Origin: Lobosporangium transversale
Lineage: Eukaryota
DNA: 64,000 nucleotides
NCBI RefSeq assembly: GCF_002105155.1
Contig: NW_019028995.1
Coordinates: 124,001-188,000 of the forward strand
Direction of reading: 5' to 3'
The translations under genes and the position numbers were made by a program. Below the pieces are notes generated by a model, which ran no database searches, was not told the origin of the DNA, and saw nothing but the letters and a program-made list of their open reading frames with translations. Shown here piece after piece: positions 11,661 through 24,458 of the stretch; position 1 is the stretch's first letter; each line of letters opens with the position of its first letter.

Positions 11661-13562
11661 ATGTCCACTAACGTTCCCCTTTCTAAAGTCCTTACAAAAT
11701 GGGCAAGGGGATCAGGCTACTTTCTATCTAGGGAAGCTGAGGATGCAGACCCAAAAGGCTTTGTGCTCTTTAGGGCGAGCCGTGCGATCATACAGCCTGC
11801 TGAGGTTGCTGTAGAGTGGAACAAATTTATGAAGAAATTCAAGGACAGTGATTCCCCTCAATGGACAGACTACGCAGAGAGCGCCCCTTTACTAACAAAA
11901 AAAATGGTGGCAAGTTGGTCAAATGAAGCTGCCGATAGTATGGTACAATGAATTATTTATTTTAGATGTCATGGGTGACCATATTTTGCTGACTATTACT
12001 CTAGGATCCCCTGCAATTACCATAGGGGAAGGCAGCATGCCAACGCCTGCTGGTCCTCAAAATGGCGAGAATGGCGAGGATGGTGGTGGTGCCAATGTCC
12101 AGCCAAGTCCTTCTAGCTCAGGTTCGCCATACTCTAGTGATATTGAGGCTTTGAGAAGCATCTCTGGCACTACCTCCAATAATACCTCTGAGACTACTAC
12201 CACCACCGATACTAACACCATCCTGGTAAGCGAAGTACAAAGAGAGAAACGGAAGCGGTCAGCGACACCAAGCAAGCGAAAAAAGCAAGCTTTTGTTATA
12301 CATGCAGTGGCACATTAAGAATTATCCACTTCATCAGATTCGACTTCTAGTTTGCGACAAAGATTTAAAAAATTCCAGATAAATGCTGCAAAGCTTGTGC
12401 TGCCTGGTCGTGATATTTCTTCGCTGCTTCCTGAGGCTTTGTAAGTCTACTATTATCATTATCATTATCATCACTATCATTACTATTATTGTTATTTATC
12501 TTTGACATGAACTAGGTCATTGAACGGGATATGGTGAGCTGATCAAGCGTCATTGGGCCTATCCAGCCAGGAACATATGTCGTATCTTGGCTCTTTGCGA
12601 TCTGTGTACTCCCCTACCCCTCATGACGACCTGCAGCTCCTCACTCTCAAGGTACAAGCAATATTACAGAGTCTGCAATCGGAGGAGCAATTGATGGACA
12701 GTATATAGGCGCTGTACGGAGGCAGTATCGAAATGAAACGGGTAGTGAGGATCTGGCAGCGACTGTAAGTCAAGTTGAAAACAGATTACTTGGTACATTG
12801 ACTTGCCTATGTCTTAATACCGCCCCTCTAAATTTATAAATAGCATGGAGATACTTCCAACCAGTTTTCAGGCCCATAACGAGCATGGAGAAATGGGCTT
12901 CATCTTGACTCGTCTACAATGTTTTCTAGATGTTGTGTTTGGACAAAGAAGCAGCTTTCTCACATTTTATAATATTGAACACGATTCTGGAAACGCTTCT
13001 AAGTCAGGACAGGAAAAGGGCGTTCGACCAGATTTCTTCGTTGAGGCACCATGTTGAGCCCTCTCAAATATTTTTAACTCAGAGGTAGTAGGTATTTTGG
13101 GTGAAGTCAAGCCCCCTGAGAAGGATCGTCGGGAGTGCATAAGAATCCATGATTTCTGGAAACTCACTAGGATGGCAAAGGATGAGATAAACTCCCAGAT
13201 ATCAAAGGGAGTTCTCAAACCAATGGTGATATGCATCCAGGTATTTGGATTCCAACTCAATATGTTTGTGATGACCATGAATCCGGATGATGGCCTGTAT
13301 GTCCTCCACACAGCAGCAGAAAGCTTTCTGCCAAGGTCAATAACTGATGTGTCTGGAACAGGTCATGTCAAGGTACGATACTTTATATCTATGTCTTAGA
13401 ATGTCTTCATTTTATTCTTATTTCTTAAACATGTCAAATATGTAGTCACTGTTAATAGAATTTCAAGACCAGCTCAACAAGACAGAACCCCACAGCACAG
13501 ACATGCCTGATCCTCCTCTATTACAGAAGTTTGTCCAGAGTGATGTGATCTTTCCAAAATAG
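11661..13562 (+). pseudogene. Five-exon PD-(D/E)XK restriction-endonuclease-fold nuclease-like gene (about 535 codons) with four premature stops
   Basis: Exons 11661-11937, 12005-12440, 12516-12764, 12844-13372 and 13446-13562 splice in frame with canonical GT-AG. Motifs LSLNGIW, E(MGF), RPDF, GEVK, DFWKLTRMAKD, IQVFG, DGLYVL. Stops: TAA 12316, TGA 12535, TAG 12706, TGA 13055. Confidence 0.78.
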
Positions 13563-13836
13563 TTGGTTGCTTACCATATATATTTATGTATTTCTAGTTG
13601 TATTATTCATTTCTTTGTATTATCGCTGCTATTATTATTTTTCTTCTTTTTCTCTTCTTCACTTGGGCATATGTTTCAAAGTTTTTACAGGTTTGTACCC
13701 ATATTCGTTACTGACTGATTCCAGTAACTATAGCTTACAAACATTACGTAAATGATTTCGAATAAATGATAATTAGGACGTGAATTGGATTAACCTTAAT
13801 GACGAAGCGTAGCAACGCAAAATAAAGAGAGATCTT

Positions 13837-13906
13837 TAATAAGTGTTGCTAACTACCCGCTCTAGCTTTTTGGCTAAGATCAAGTGTAATAAGTGTTGCT
13901 AACTAC
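13837..13906. repeat. Perfect 20-bp direct repeat TAATAAGTGTTGCTAACTAC x2 with a 30-bp spacer
   Basis: Copies at 13837-13856 and 13887-13906. Confidence 0.9.
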
Positions 13907-14130
13907 GGTACTAAGTACTGAGAATTGATGATATAAGATGACAGCCGGCCCGATAGGCATGATGTATTTCTCATTGCCACTGCTCTTGATTTGAAGGTAT
14001 ACTACCCGATGTTTACCTCCTTGGGATTCCCTATTCCTTCTTGTCACTAATAGATTCTTGTAGATCATTTAATTCTGCCCTGATCTCAATTTTGTCTTTG
14101 ATGTAATTTTTATTTTAAAATAAATAAAAT

Positions 14131-15111
14131 ATGTTAACACCAGTTAAATGTATTGTAGCCATGCCATTGATGGCTTTGACACAGGTTCCTGCCGCTGCTG
14201 CTAGTAATAATGGTAGCTCAAGTACTAGAGCAGCGCCTTCCACCAGCCCTGGACTATTACTTTTGGCGACTTCCGACTTCTTCCCACACACCAGACTAAG
14301 TTGCTCTAACATTCGAGTGTAAAAAAAAAAAAAAAAAAAAAATAATTATAGCAAGGATAATGGAGATTTAACTAAAACTTTTTTTTTTTTTTTTTTTTTT
14401 TTTAAATAGAAATAGACAGGGAGTCCCAGAAGCAACAATGACAATGCTGGAAACCCCTCATGAAGGGCAAGGGAAGGTCACTTTCTTTGCAAACGCAACT
14501 TAGTTGCAATATATGTAGTAAACCGATGTCTATCACTGTGCCTATATGGATGGTCACTTGATCGACATGACCTATCGTCTATCAAGAACGATCCAAGGTC
14601 TCATCGGAGCCTACCCAAAGTACATGAATCCAATCTCAAAGATACTCAATTACTCAGCCTGGTCAAATTCATGGGTTACTCTTTAGTGGGGTTCAACATG
14701 GATGAATACGACTACAAGTACAACACTGCAGCCACTCCGGGTCAAATTGCAGAGGCCTCCAATACCATGTTCTTAAAACAGACGGGTACCTATAGCACAG
14801 GCGTTTTTGCTGGTTTACCAAAAGTCGTCAATGTTATCCAGGCCCACGGCTATGACATGGTCCGTCTTGATGATTGCACAAATGACAAGATTCCTTATAA
14901 GAAGGACAACATCCTTTGGTGCCGCTGGATACAACCATAGCAAAAGAGTGTTGCTTCCGCCTCTTAGACTACAGCCAGTAATGAAGCACAGTCAATGCCT
15001 CGTTTGAACAATGATACCAACAGCAAGAATACCCAAGATAGCAGCACCACGCAAAAGAAATTGTTCAGCTTTAGACTCGTAGCTGCTTTGTCAATCTTGG
15101 CTCCTCTTTAA
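14131..15111 (+). pseudogene. Decayed CE4/NodB chitin (polysaccharide) deacetylase
   Basis: Signal-peptide-like start. Remnants include KVTFFAN, IQGLIGAYPKYM, MGYSLVGFNMDEYDYKY and LPKVVNVIQAHGYDMVRLDDCTND, plus a hydrophobic GPI-like tail. Frameshifts and stops are present, and the TFDDGP, HxxxH and RPPY catalytic motifs are not intact. Confidence 0.7.
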
Positions 15112-15400
15112 TCTGAAAAAAATAAATAAATAAAAGATACAAAGAAATGGAGGCACAGAGATGGAGATGAACATAATAAAGATTAAAAAAAAAAAACGTT
15201 CATTATTAAAGCAATTTATTTATTGGTATGGTTTACAGTGATGGCGAATAAAAATAATAAAATGGTGCAGCATGAACAAGGAAGAGTGCTTAAAGAAAAT
15301 ACTAATCTAGAAAAGTATACAATGCAAATATGAAGACTAAGAGTAACTAAGTGAGAGTAACTGGGCATCTTTGTTTTCGTTTTTGTTAAACTAAATTGCT

Positions 15401-15773
15401 TCAAACACGAAGACCCGCATCGGAAAGCCTAACAACGGCATCATTCCCCACCACAGGGGCTCCCAACTCTCTCTCTTTCTTTAAAATATTGCTGATGTAA
15501 AACTCTCCTGCCTTGTACGAGGATCGCACCAATGGTCCTGAGGCGACATATTTGAATCCACGCTCTTCACCCAGTTTCTGGTACTTTTCAAACGTCTCAG
15601 GTTTAACATACTCATGCACGCGCATATGCTTCTTTGTGGGTCGCATATACTGGCCTAAAGTCAACACGTCTACATCCGCCTTGCGCAGTTCTATGTATGC
15701 GGATTTCCACATAATGAAAGAAATGAGGAGTAGTGTTAATAAAAGATCTTCAGGACCCATATGTGCTGATTGC

Positions 15774-15805
<32 letters not shown>

Positions 15806-16151
15806 ATAACATTGTACATACCATCCATAGCGTGGATAACTTCTGCCTCAGTCTCGCCGCATCCCAACATCATACTGGTCTTAGTCAGCAATGTAGGTTT
15901 AACTTTCTTTGCATGGGCGAGAACAGCAATCGACTGTCTGAATTTTGCACGGGGATCGCGGACATATGAAGAGAGGGCTTCGACAGTCTCGATGTTGTGA
16001 GCGTATACATCTAGTCCAGAGGTTGCAACACGGGCAACGCACTCCATGTCTCCTTGGAAATCACCAGTCAAGCACTCGACCAAGATATGGGGAGCCCTGT
16101 GAATAATAGGGGAGAATGGGGTTATACAAGATATATCAGAGCTGCTATCAC

Positions 16152-16187
<36 letters not shown>

Positions 16188-17542
16188 CTGATATTTCCGG
16201 ATATTTTCAACTAATACGTACTTTTGCTTCAGTTTCATAATAGTCTCTGCGAAATGAGCTGAGCCACCATCCGCAAGATCTATCCAAAAAAAGGTAAATG
16301 AATTCAGAGTCAGCAAGACGGAACAGTTCCTGTAGTTCTGTCATCTTGAGCGCTTTCTTTCCTTGCAACACTTACCATCACGGTCAACTGAGGTCAAGAC
16401 AACGTAATCCAGGCCCCACCTTGAAATGGCCTCAGCTGTGTTTTCCGGCTCATGGATATCCAAAGGTTTGGGCGTCTTACTCGTTTTGACGGAACAGAAA
16501 CGGCATCCACGAGTGCATTCATCTCCCATGAGCTAGAATTAAAAAAGGCAAACCGGTGTAATAGCCAAGATGAGTTGGAATCCTTGAAAACAATAGGGAA
16601 ATCAAAAAATGGTTTAAAAAAATGTCGCATAAGTACCATAATGGTGGCGGTAGCAGTTTGATGCTCTCCTCCGCCCCAGCAGTCCGAGATGTTGGGGCAT
16701 TTGGCCTCCTCACAAACTGTGTGAAGATTAAGCTCTCTAAGGTTCTTCTTGATCTGTGTGTAGTTCTTTCCTGCAGGAATAGGTGTCTTGAGCCATTCAG
16801 GCAAACGCTGCTTTCTATCCAGGAGGGAAAGAAATGCGACCCAACTAGTGCATTAGTGCCATTGCGTTTCCCTTACGACAGAGCCAGGAAAAAAAGAAAA
16901 AAAAGAAAAAAAAAAAAAAAGCCACTAACAAGAAAATGCTCATTTCCGATCTGTGTGGCCTTTTTTTTTGCGCTCATTGAAACTACTTACAATGAACGCT
17001 TTGCTGGTTTTCCTGATGATACTGCTTGTGCTTGATTTACAACAGTCTCTTTAAGCTCCAGCGCCTCTTCCACAGATAGCTTCTGGTTCCCTCCTCCCAC
17101 AAAGTCTTCAAAGCTGGGTCCGTTGGCAAATTTGTCTGTAAATTTTGATTTCTTGACCAGATCTGATGATGTGGCAGTAGGCTTATCTTTGACGACTGTG
17201 GCATTATAAGTGCGGATCGTCTAAAGCGAGGAGATAAGCAAAGAAAATGACCATGAGCGGACGTCTTTTTTTAATTGCTGTTTTGCTTAAAAACTCTACA
17301 CACAAATATAAAAAATATTGTTGTATAAAGATACGTAGTGGTGTAGAGTCGGTAGAGTGTAACGATTCAATCTGTTTGCCTTCCTATTGTTGCCATATTG
17401 GTCCTCATGAAGAATATCATTGGTTATTTGCTGTTACTTATTATTTTACCATTGCGGCAGAACTCCTGACTAGTGGACGTACGCTACTGCTTGCGACAGA
17501 ATAAGCAAACAGAGCCTTGGAAGCAATATTGAAATTTGACAT
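15401..17542 (-). CDS. LIP5: Mitochondrial lipoyl synthase (radical SAM), multi-exon
   Basis: [41 protein letters not shown] (CxxxCxxC), [40 protein letters not shown]. Start ATG inferred at 17542. Confidence 0.95.
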
Positions 17543-18178
17543 AGCGTGTATGTGTATTCTTAATGACGGCTAGTGTAATGCGGATGAGTACGAGAAAGGA
17601 TGCAGAAGTGAATAAACAGAAAGGAAGAGGATGGGGCAAGGAATTAACAAAGGAGACTGATTTCATTCCACCGAGTCAGAATTCAAAAAAATCTTTTTTT
17701 CCACGCTCTGACTCGCGCAATTGTTTTTACTCCACTCCAGTCAGTTCGGGATATGATGGATAAATTTGGCTCATTTTCATTTGATTCGTTTTGCAGTTCA
17801 ACAAACCTCGCCCGCGCTCTTCTCATCATCCTCCTTCTCCTCTCATGTCACACACAATCACACACTCGGTCTTTTGGTTCCTCAACTCCCCGTCTTTTTG
17901 TTCTACAGGAGTATAGATACACCCATGTTGATCCTCCTCTCTTTTTTTTGCTTTTGAATATCACACCCTAATAGATATTTTTATAAAGGATACAATTTCA
18001 TCTTTGCTTTCTTCTTTTTTTTGAATTCATTCAACATCTAAAAGTGCAGATTCCATAGTGATGGCCACCATGGACCATGATTTGATTTACTGAATTAAAA
18101 AATGATGTATATAATGTATATAATGGATGTGGTAAATATAGTGTACATGTTGAGAATCGCAATTGATACAGAAAGTAG

Positions 18179-20971
18179 TCAGATGTATACGGCTGTAAAT
18201 GGAGAGTGTATAATACAGCGCAAAAACGACGCCTTTTGGACAATAAGTAAATCCTTAAAACTCTTTCGCCAGCATTTTCTGACGCAGACGATCCTTCCTG
18301 CTACCTGTACGGATGGCTTCTCCAGTGATTGTGGTCGCAGGCCGTTTCGTCCGCTGTACCCACTTTAGCAACTCTAGGATACTGGTAGGTGTCATGCCTT
18401 CAATGCGTTTTGCAGCACCCTACCGAACATACCAGAACAAAAAAAGCGAAGAGAATGTTATGAGAATGACTGACTATATAATTTTATAATTGTCAAATCA
18501 AGCCCGTTAACGCACATACCAAGGTAGCAGGACGGATGCGCTCAAGCTTAGAGCGATTCTCATTTGACAGATTAGGGATGCTACAGACAACATGTTATTA
18601 AAAACTATCAGTATCTTAAATTGAACATAGAATGTAATGGTTTGGACCTCAAGTATATTCACAAAAACTTACAGAGAATAATCGAGATTTATAGGAATCT
18701 CCATTGATTCATCACGCATAAAGGCCATGACTTCTGCACCTTGACGACGCAGGTAGACCGAATATGCTCCTTCAACTGCAATCTTGTTTTGTACCGCCGG
18801 ATTAATTCCCTTGAGCTCAGGAATCGCTTCATAAAAGTCCTGCATTTTGACGTTGGGGAATCCCAGTATCTCGATCGCACTATGCATGCCATTTATATGG
18901 AATTGTAGAATCGTTTTAAAATCATTTGTTGGTGTAAGAGAGGAGCTACAGTCCAGAGCTTTCGCATGACATCATTATGCAGGCCCCGACATGTCTGCTT
19001 ACCTTCGCTTGATGCCATCATCACTCTTGCCGAACCCATATTCTGCCCATTTGGCAGGAGACAGCTTGAATTCACTCATAAGCTCCATTCCCTTACTCAT
19101 CTCATCCTCCATCTGCTGATATACTTTCCAGCGATATTCTGTAACGCACCCAGCCTCATAACCCTTGCGTGTCAATCTCAAGTCCGCATTGTCTGCACGC
19201 AAAGTCAAACGGTACTCTGATCGTGATGTGAATACTCTGTAGGGCTCTTCCACTCCTTTTGTTATCAAATCATCTACCAGAACTCCGATATAAGCGTCCG
19301 CACGCGTGAGAATCAATGGCGCTTTCGATTGTGATGCTAAACCAGCATTGATGCCTGCTAAAATACCCTGGGCTGCTGCCTCTTCATATCCCGTCGTTCC
19401 GTTGATTTGTCCCGCCAAGTATAGTCCACGAATGCGGCGAGTTTCCAGGGTGCGCTGAAGCTCACGGGGATCTACGTAATCATATTCAACTCCGTATCCA
19501 CAACGCAACACCGTCACGTTCTCGAGTCCTTTGATTGTTCTCAACATATCAATCTGCTCTTTCTCTGGAAGGGTCATCGAAATACCATTGGGATAAACAA
19601 CATCTGTATCATAACCTTCAGGCTCCAGCCAGATTGTATGAGCTTCCTTTGTTGCGAATCTCATGATCTTGGACTCAATCGAGGGGCAGTAGCGAGGTCC
19701 CTTAACAGTCTCGCGGATGTGAATCGATTTATGAAGGTTGTTGCGGATGATCTCATGTGTTTTTGGGTTTGTGCTGGTTTGATAACATATCAGTTGGTTG
19801 TGAGCGTTGGCGACCTCTGTATTGAGATACGAGAAAGGCGTAGGCTGCACATCTCCATGTTGAGGCGTCAGCCCAGTGTAGTTAATTGTCTTGCCATCCA
19901 ATCTAGGAGGTGTTCCAGTTTTAAGTCGCGAGAGCACAAAACCAGCCTGAGCAAGAGAGTCAGATAGTCCAATAGAAGCCTCTTCATTGATACGGCCAGC
20001 AGGATATGTCTCTAATCCAATATGAATTTCTCCTCTTAAAAATGTTCCTGTAGTAATTACTATCTTAGGTGCATAGATCACCTCGCCAGACTCTATTATT
20101 TCGAAAAAATAAAAAGCGTGATGGGAGGTTAAAATGTTGTTTTATTGGATCAAATACTATCAGCCAAAGCGAAGTATTAGTGTACTGAACCATTCCTTAC
20201 CAAGCTTAATGCCTTTGATTTCTCCTTGAACGTTATTCTGCCCAGGCGTGGGAGGCAAGATCTCTGCTCCAAGCACAATATCTGATACCGATCCAGCCTT
20301 GATAGTCAAATTTGGATATTCGTACAAGGTCTTTTGCATGTGCTTCTTGTATAATTTACGGTCAATCTGTGCACGTGGTCCATGTACAGCTGGTCCCTTT
20401 GATCTATTTAAGATTCTGAATTGTACGCCTGCCAAGTCGGAGATCCTACCGCAGAGTCCATCCAGAGCATCAATCTCTCGCACAAGAACGCCCTTACCCA
20501 CGCCACCAAATGATGGGTTACACGACATTTCACCTATTGGAATGATCAACTTAATTTATCAGAAACAACAGAATCACAAGAAATGCAGAGACAATCACAA
20601 TACATATTAATGGAAGAGGAAAAAAACATACCGATCGTATCTAGCTTCTGTGTAAGTAACAATGTCTTTGCACCAGTCCTAGCAGCTGCAGCACAAGCCT
20701 CAGATCCGGCATGTCCGCCTCCAACAACAATTACATCGTACGAAGTCTCAGGAACAGGAAGGAGAGCCTGAGAAGCCGCTAAAGTAACAGATCGGTATTG
20801 TCCAGAAATAGTATAGGGTGCGTATGTACTTGATGCGAAGACTGTGCGCTGCAAAGGCCTGACACTACAAGCCTTCCTGTTGACAAGTGTCGAGAATGTA
20901 TTTCTGCAGGGCCCTGACACTGTGATAGTGTTGTGACTAACTATCAATAGTCTCTTTGAAATCCTGAACAT
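18179..20971 (-). CDS. MTO1: Mitochondrial tRNA U34 modification enzyme, MnmG/GidA family, multi-exon
   Basis: [89 protein letters not shown]. The 3' end is approximate. Confidence 0.95.
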
Positions 20972-23302
20972 TGGTGAATTGATCAAGCAATGACTGCCTG
21001 AAAGGAAATGATTGTTGAATGATGTTGCACTATTTGGCTGTAGAAGTCTCCAATTGATTTGGAAGTTGTTTGAACAGAAGAGTGGCTTTAATTATTTGTT
21101 TTCACTCCTTTGTAGAATTTATTTTGATGTTAAAACTCGCAGGATCCTCAAGTGCCGCCTTCCTAATATTGACTCACTATATACTCCTAACCAAATTGAC
21201 TGGCATCAAACTCCCTTTTTCAAAGTCAGGTAGAAACAGACTTGTTATAAACAGACTTGCTTGGGAAACATCCACTGACTATGTGAACCAGATAAAGCAA
21301 ATTTATTGATGACTACCTCTTAGGATTTTACCGCTCTTGGAGTGCTTAAGATTATCCAAGCCGATGAGAAGCCATGTTGCCTCATTTACCGATAGGAACC
21401 TAACTAAGGATCGTTTGAACGAGTAAGATAGTTCGGTTTTAACACTTGCTCTTATACTCGGGTAACAGCATATCTATCGGCAGGGCCTTGTCAAGGTCCG
21501 AAAGTAGTATCATAGGAGCATGGCATTATAAAATCGACTGATAAAAACAGGATGTATAGTTTGATGCGATTCGGGTCTATCTTGCTTAAATATCTTTAAA
21601 TGCCTGGATAAAGGACTCTGCTACATGTGTATAAGTCATGAATAGTTCGAAATATCCATTGATAACTCAAACCTCAGTCCGAAACCATCGTACTCTTTGA
21701 GTTTTTTTTTTTTTTTTTTTTGCTTACCAATTGCTTGATGGATGTGTAGGTTGAATGAATAATGGCCTTTTTCTACGCTCTGTAATTTACAGCACTTCAT
21801 AGAGGGCTGAGCGGTGCAGATGCAGAGAAGAGGCTCTAAATGCGCCTAGCTATGACAGATACTGAGTAAAATCATCTATCTTCGTTAAAAGAAAAGACAC
21901 CAACCATCAACAACGGAGACAAACTGTGAAGGGTGGATGAAGAAAGGTATATTTTCCTGAATACACATGCAAATGGTTCAAATTATACACAATTCGAAAA
22001 GTTGGTTTCTCACCCTAATTCATTATGCATTCGAAACCATGTTTAGAATAGATATTACTTTGACACATGTTCTATCCCACATATTATAAATGTAACTATA
22101 GGTTCATGCAAACAAACACACCATTACTTCAAGAGAGGTGCGTAGGGATGAAGGCTTGTGGTCATTCATTCTCCTTCCCAACGAACAAATCGATCAAAAA
22201 AGGGGGGGTCTTCGCGCTCGAATCTTGCAACACAGGGCAACAAATCAATGAGGTGATTAGAAATGATGTCTATTATTGACCTCAATTATACATAGATTTT
22301 GTGTATTTGCTTCTCTTTCTTCTAATCTGAGATCTTGCGTTTATTGATTTTCTTCCCATTGTGGTACATGACATACGCCGAACAAATCGCCCTTTTTTTT
22401 TCCTAAGCCCTTCGTCTACACGACACAAAAAGTGGACAGATCCGAGATGATCAGATGACAATAGTTTTATACTACTCATATCGCTCGCGACTCGGCTAAC
22501 TGGTTAAAAAAAAAAAGGGTTTAGAAAGAGATCTATCACATTGTTTGTATTATCATGATGATGACGACTCTACAGGATGATGCGTGAAGCAAAAAAAAAA
22601 AAAAAAGGTTTTTTGATCGATTGATAATCAAGCTCGTTTTTACAAGTTCAACTATCACAACAATGGGCTTGTAAGTCCAACTTGTCCCGAAAGAAAGAGG
22701 GAGCTATTTGTTATCTTTATTAATTGACCTCGTTACTTCTTATCAGTCTGTTCTGAAATCTTGCAAATGGCCCACTTTCACCAAGTGAAACATCATGAAC
22801 CTCTTTTAGACACTCACCCGAGACGAAACATGAAGGGCATGTGGCCACTTTGTTGAACCCACCTCATTGTTATATGTGGACATGTATTCCTATCGCTCTC
22901 TATCCCAGCTCGTTAATCAGTGTGGAAGGGATGCCAATGTATAGTTGAGGCAACCCGAAGAATATAATACGAATTTTTTGCTTTGGATTCCCTCGATCGT
23001 ATTTTCTGAACAATGATTGGTTCGAATGATGTGGGCATATACATATACAGTCCTGTATTTAATACAATTTAGTAAGGAGTAAAATAAAAAAAGACGAGGC
23101 CCTGCAAAGAATAGAACAAAAAAGCTGGACAATGTTTGTGCATTTTATAGAAACGCATCAGACGGGAGGGAAGACCACATGCAATAGTATATATATATAC
23201 ATTCTTGCAAGTCAGAGAGTGACTGGATATTGTTTAAGCAGTTTCCCCCGCATTTCGCCTTTTATATCCCTTTTGTGCAATGAACCCGCGCAGCAACCGA
23301 AA

Positions 23303-23310
23303 TATAAAAG
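23303..23310 (+). promoter_or_regulatory. TATA box (TATAAAAG) followed by a pyrimidine-rich leader
   Basis: Consensus TATA about 140 bp upstream of ACAATG at 23444. Confidence 0.5.
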
Positions 23311-23443
23311 GGTCCCCTTCCTCTTTTTTCACAAACCGTGTTCTCTTCTCTTTTCCAAAAAAAAAATATTTCACATCCCTTTTTACAGCTTTCCCTCCAT
23401 CAAGCTTTTTCCCTTCAATACACATACCAACTTTTCTTTCACA

Positions 23444-23878
23444 ATGACTCCTGCTATCACTACTGCTCCTGCCTTGGTTGCCTCTGGTGCCTTCTCTAAC
23501 AACAGCAAGACCGAGCCAGCAGCTTTTCCCTTGGCAATCAACATCCCTGCAAAGACTGTCGATACCGGCGATGCCCCCACGACTCCTCCTATGCTGTCGA
23601 CCTCCGTTTCCTCTGCTGGCAGCTTTGATTCGTTTGGTTCTGAAGCCGATGAAGTCGATGTCGCTGCTGCTGCCGCTCGCTCCCGTCGTCAGTCTCAACA
23701 ATTCTTCTTCCCTCACCAAACCAAGTTCGAGTCTGCAGTCCCTGTTGTCACTCGGGCCAGAGACATCCATCTGAAGGACCATCCTTTTATCGAGGGAGCC
23801 TATGCCGAATACGAGAAGCTTTACAACGCTGACTCTCTGATAACCAAGGATGGCCGCCAAATGGTTCGGTTACTTTAA
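23444..23878 (+). CDS. Small hypothetical protein (144 aa), Ala/Ser/Thr/Pro-rich
   Basis: Good ACAATG context, strong C/T third-position codon bias, a GC step relative to the flanks, and an upstream TATA box. Confidence 0.72.
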   Translation: MTPAITTAPALVASGAFSNNSKTEPAAFPLAINIPAKTVDTGDAPTTPPMLSTSVSSAGSFDSFGSEADEVDVAAAAARSRRQSQQFFFPHQTKFESAVPVVTRARDIHLKDHPFIEGAYAEYEKLYNADSLITKDGRQMVRLL

Positions 23879-24418
23879 GCGTTTAAACTTTGCTACCGAT
23901 CAGAAAAAAAACTGTACAAGAAAAAAAATCCATGATAAAGCCAGCCTAGCTCTGCCATTTTCCTTATTCTATTCATAGCTCCCCTTTCTTTTTTCCTCAT
24001 TTACTCTTGCATTGAACCGGCTAAGCCCGAGCTCCCATATAACTTGAAGTCCATTTTTTTTGTCTTGAATAGTTATTCAGACAATCCACTCCCTACTCTT
24101 TCTGCACATCCAACATCATTTGTATCTTTTTTTTGCATCCAGATATTTTGAAGATCGACTGGCGATATCATACACATTAAAAAAAGTAAAAAAAAAAAAT
24201 GTTGATTCAAGCATTTGTAGCATTCCATTAAAATTGTAATAAAGAATTCCCTATAATTCATAAAGCACCTACGCGTTCAATGGTTTCGTTTGGCTGTGAA
24301 TAATCATGACATGTTTTTTTAAAAAAGAGATGGCTCTCTGTCATAGAGTTGCGGTGGCCAATTAGAGTGCAGGAATTTATGGTGATCGCAATTTTATTTT
24401 CTGTACCCACGGAGCATC

Positions 24419-24458
<40 letters not shown>

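Noticed and set aside
13837..13906. CRISPR-like repeat-spacer-repeat
   Set aside because: Only two repeats, a eukaryotic context, and no cas genes.
21000..21700. Possible retroelement remnant (IDW..T-like fragment)
   Set aside because: Too degraded; no ordered motif set could be confirmed by eye.
23234..23860. 208-aa antisense ORF
   Set aside because: Shadow of the codon-biased plus-strand gene; no independent coding signal.
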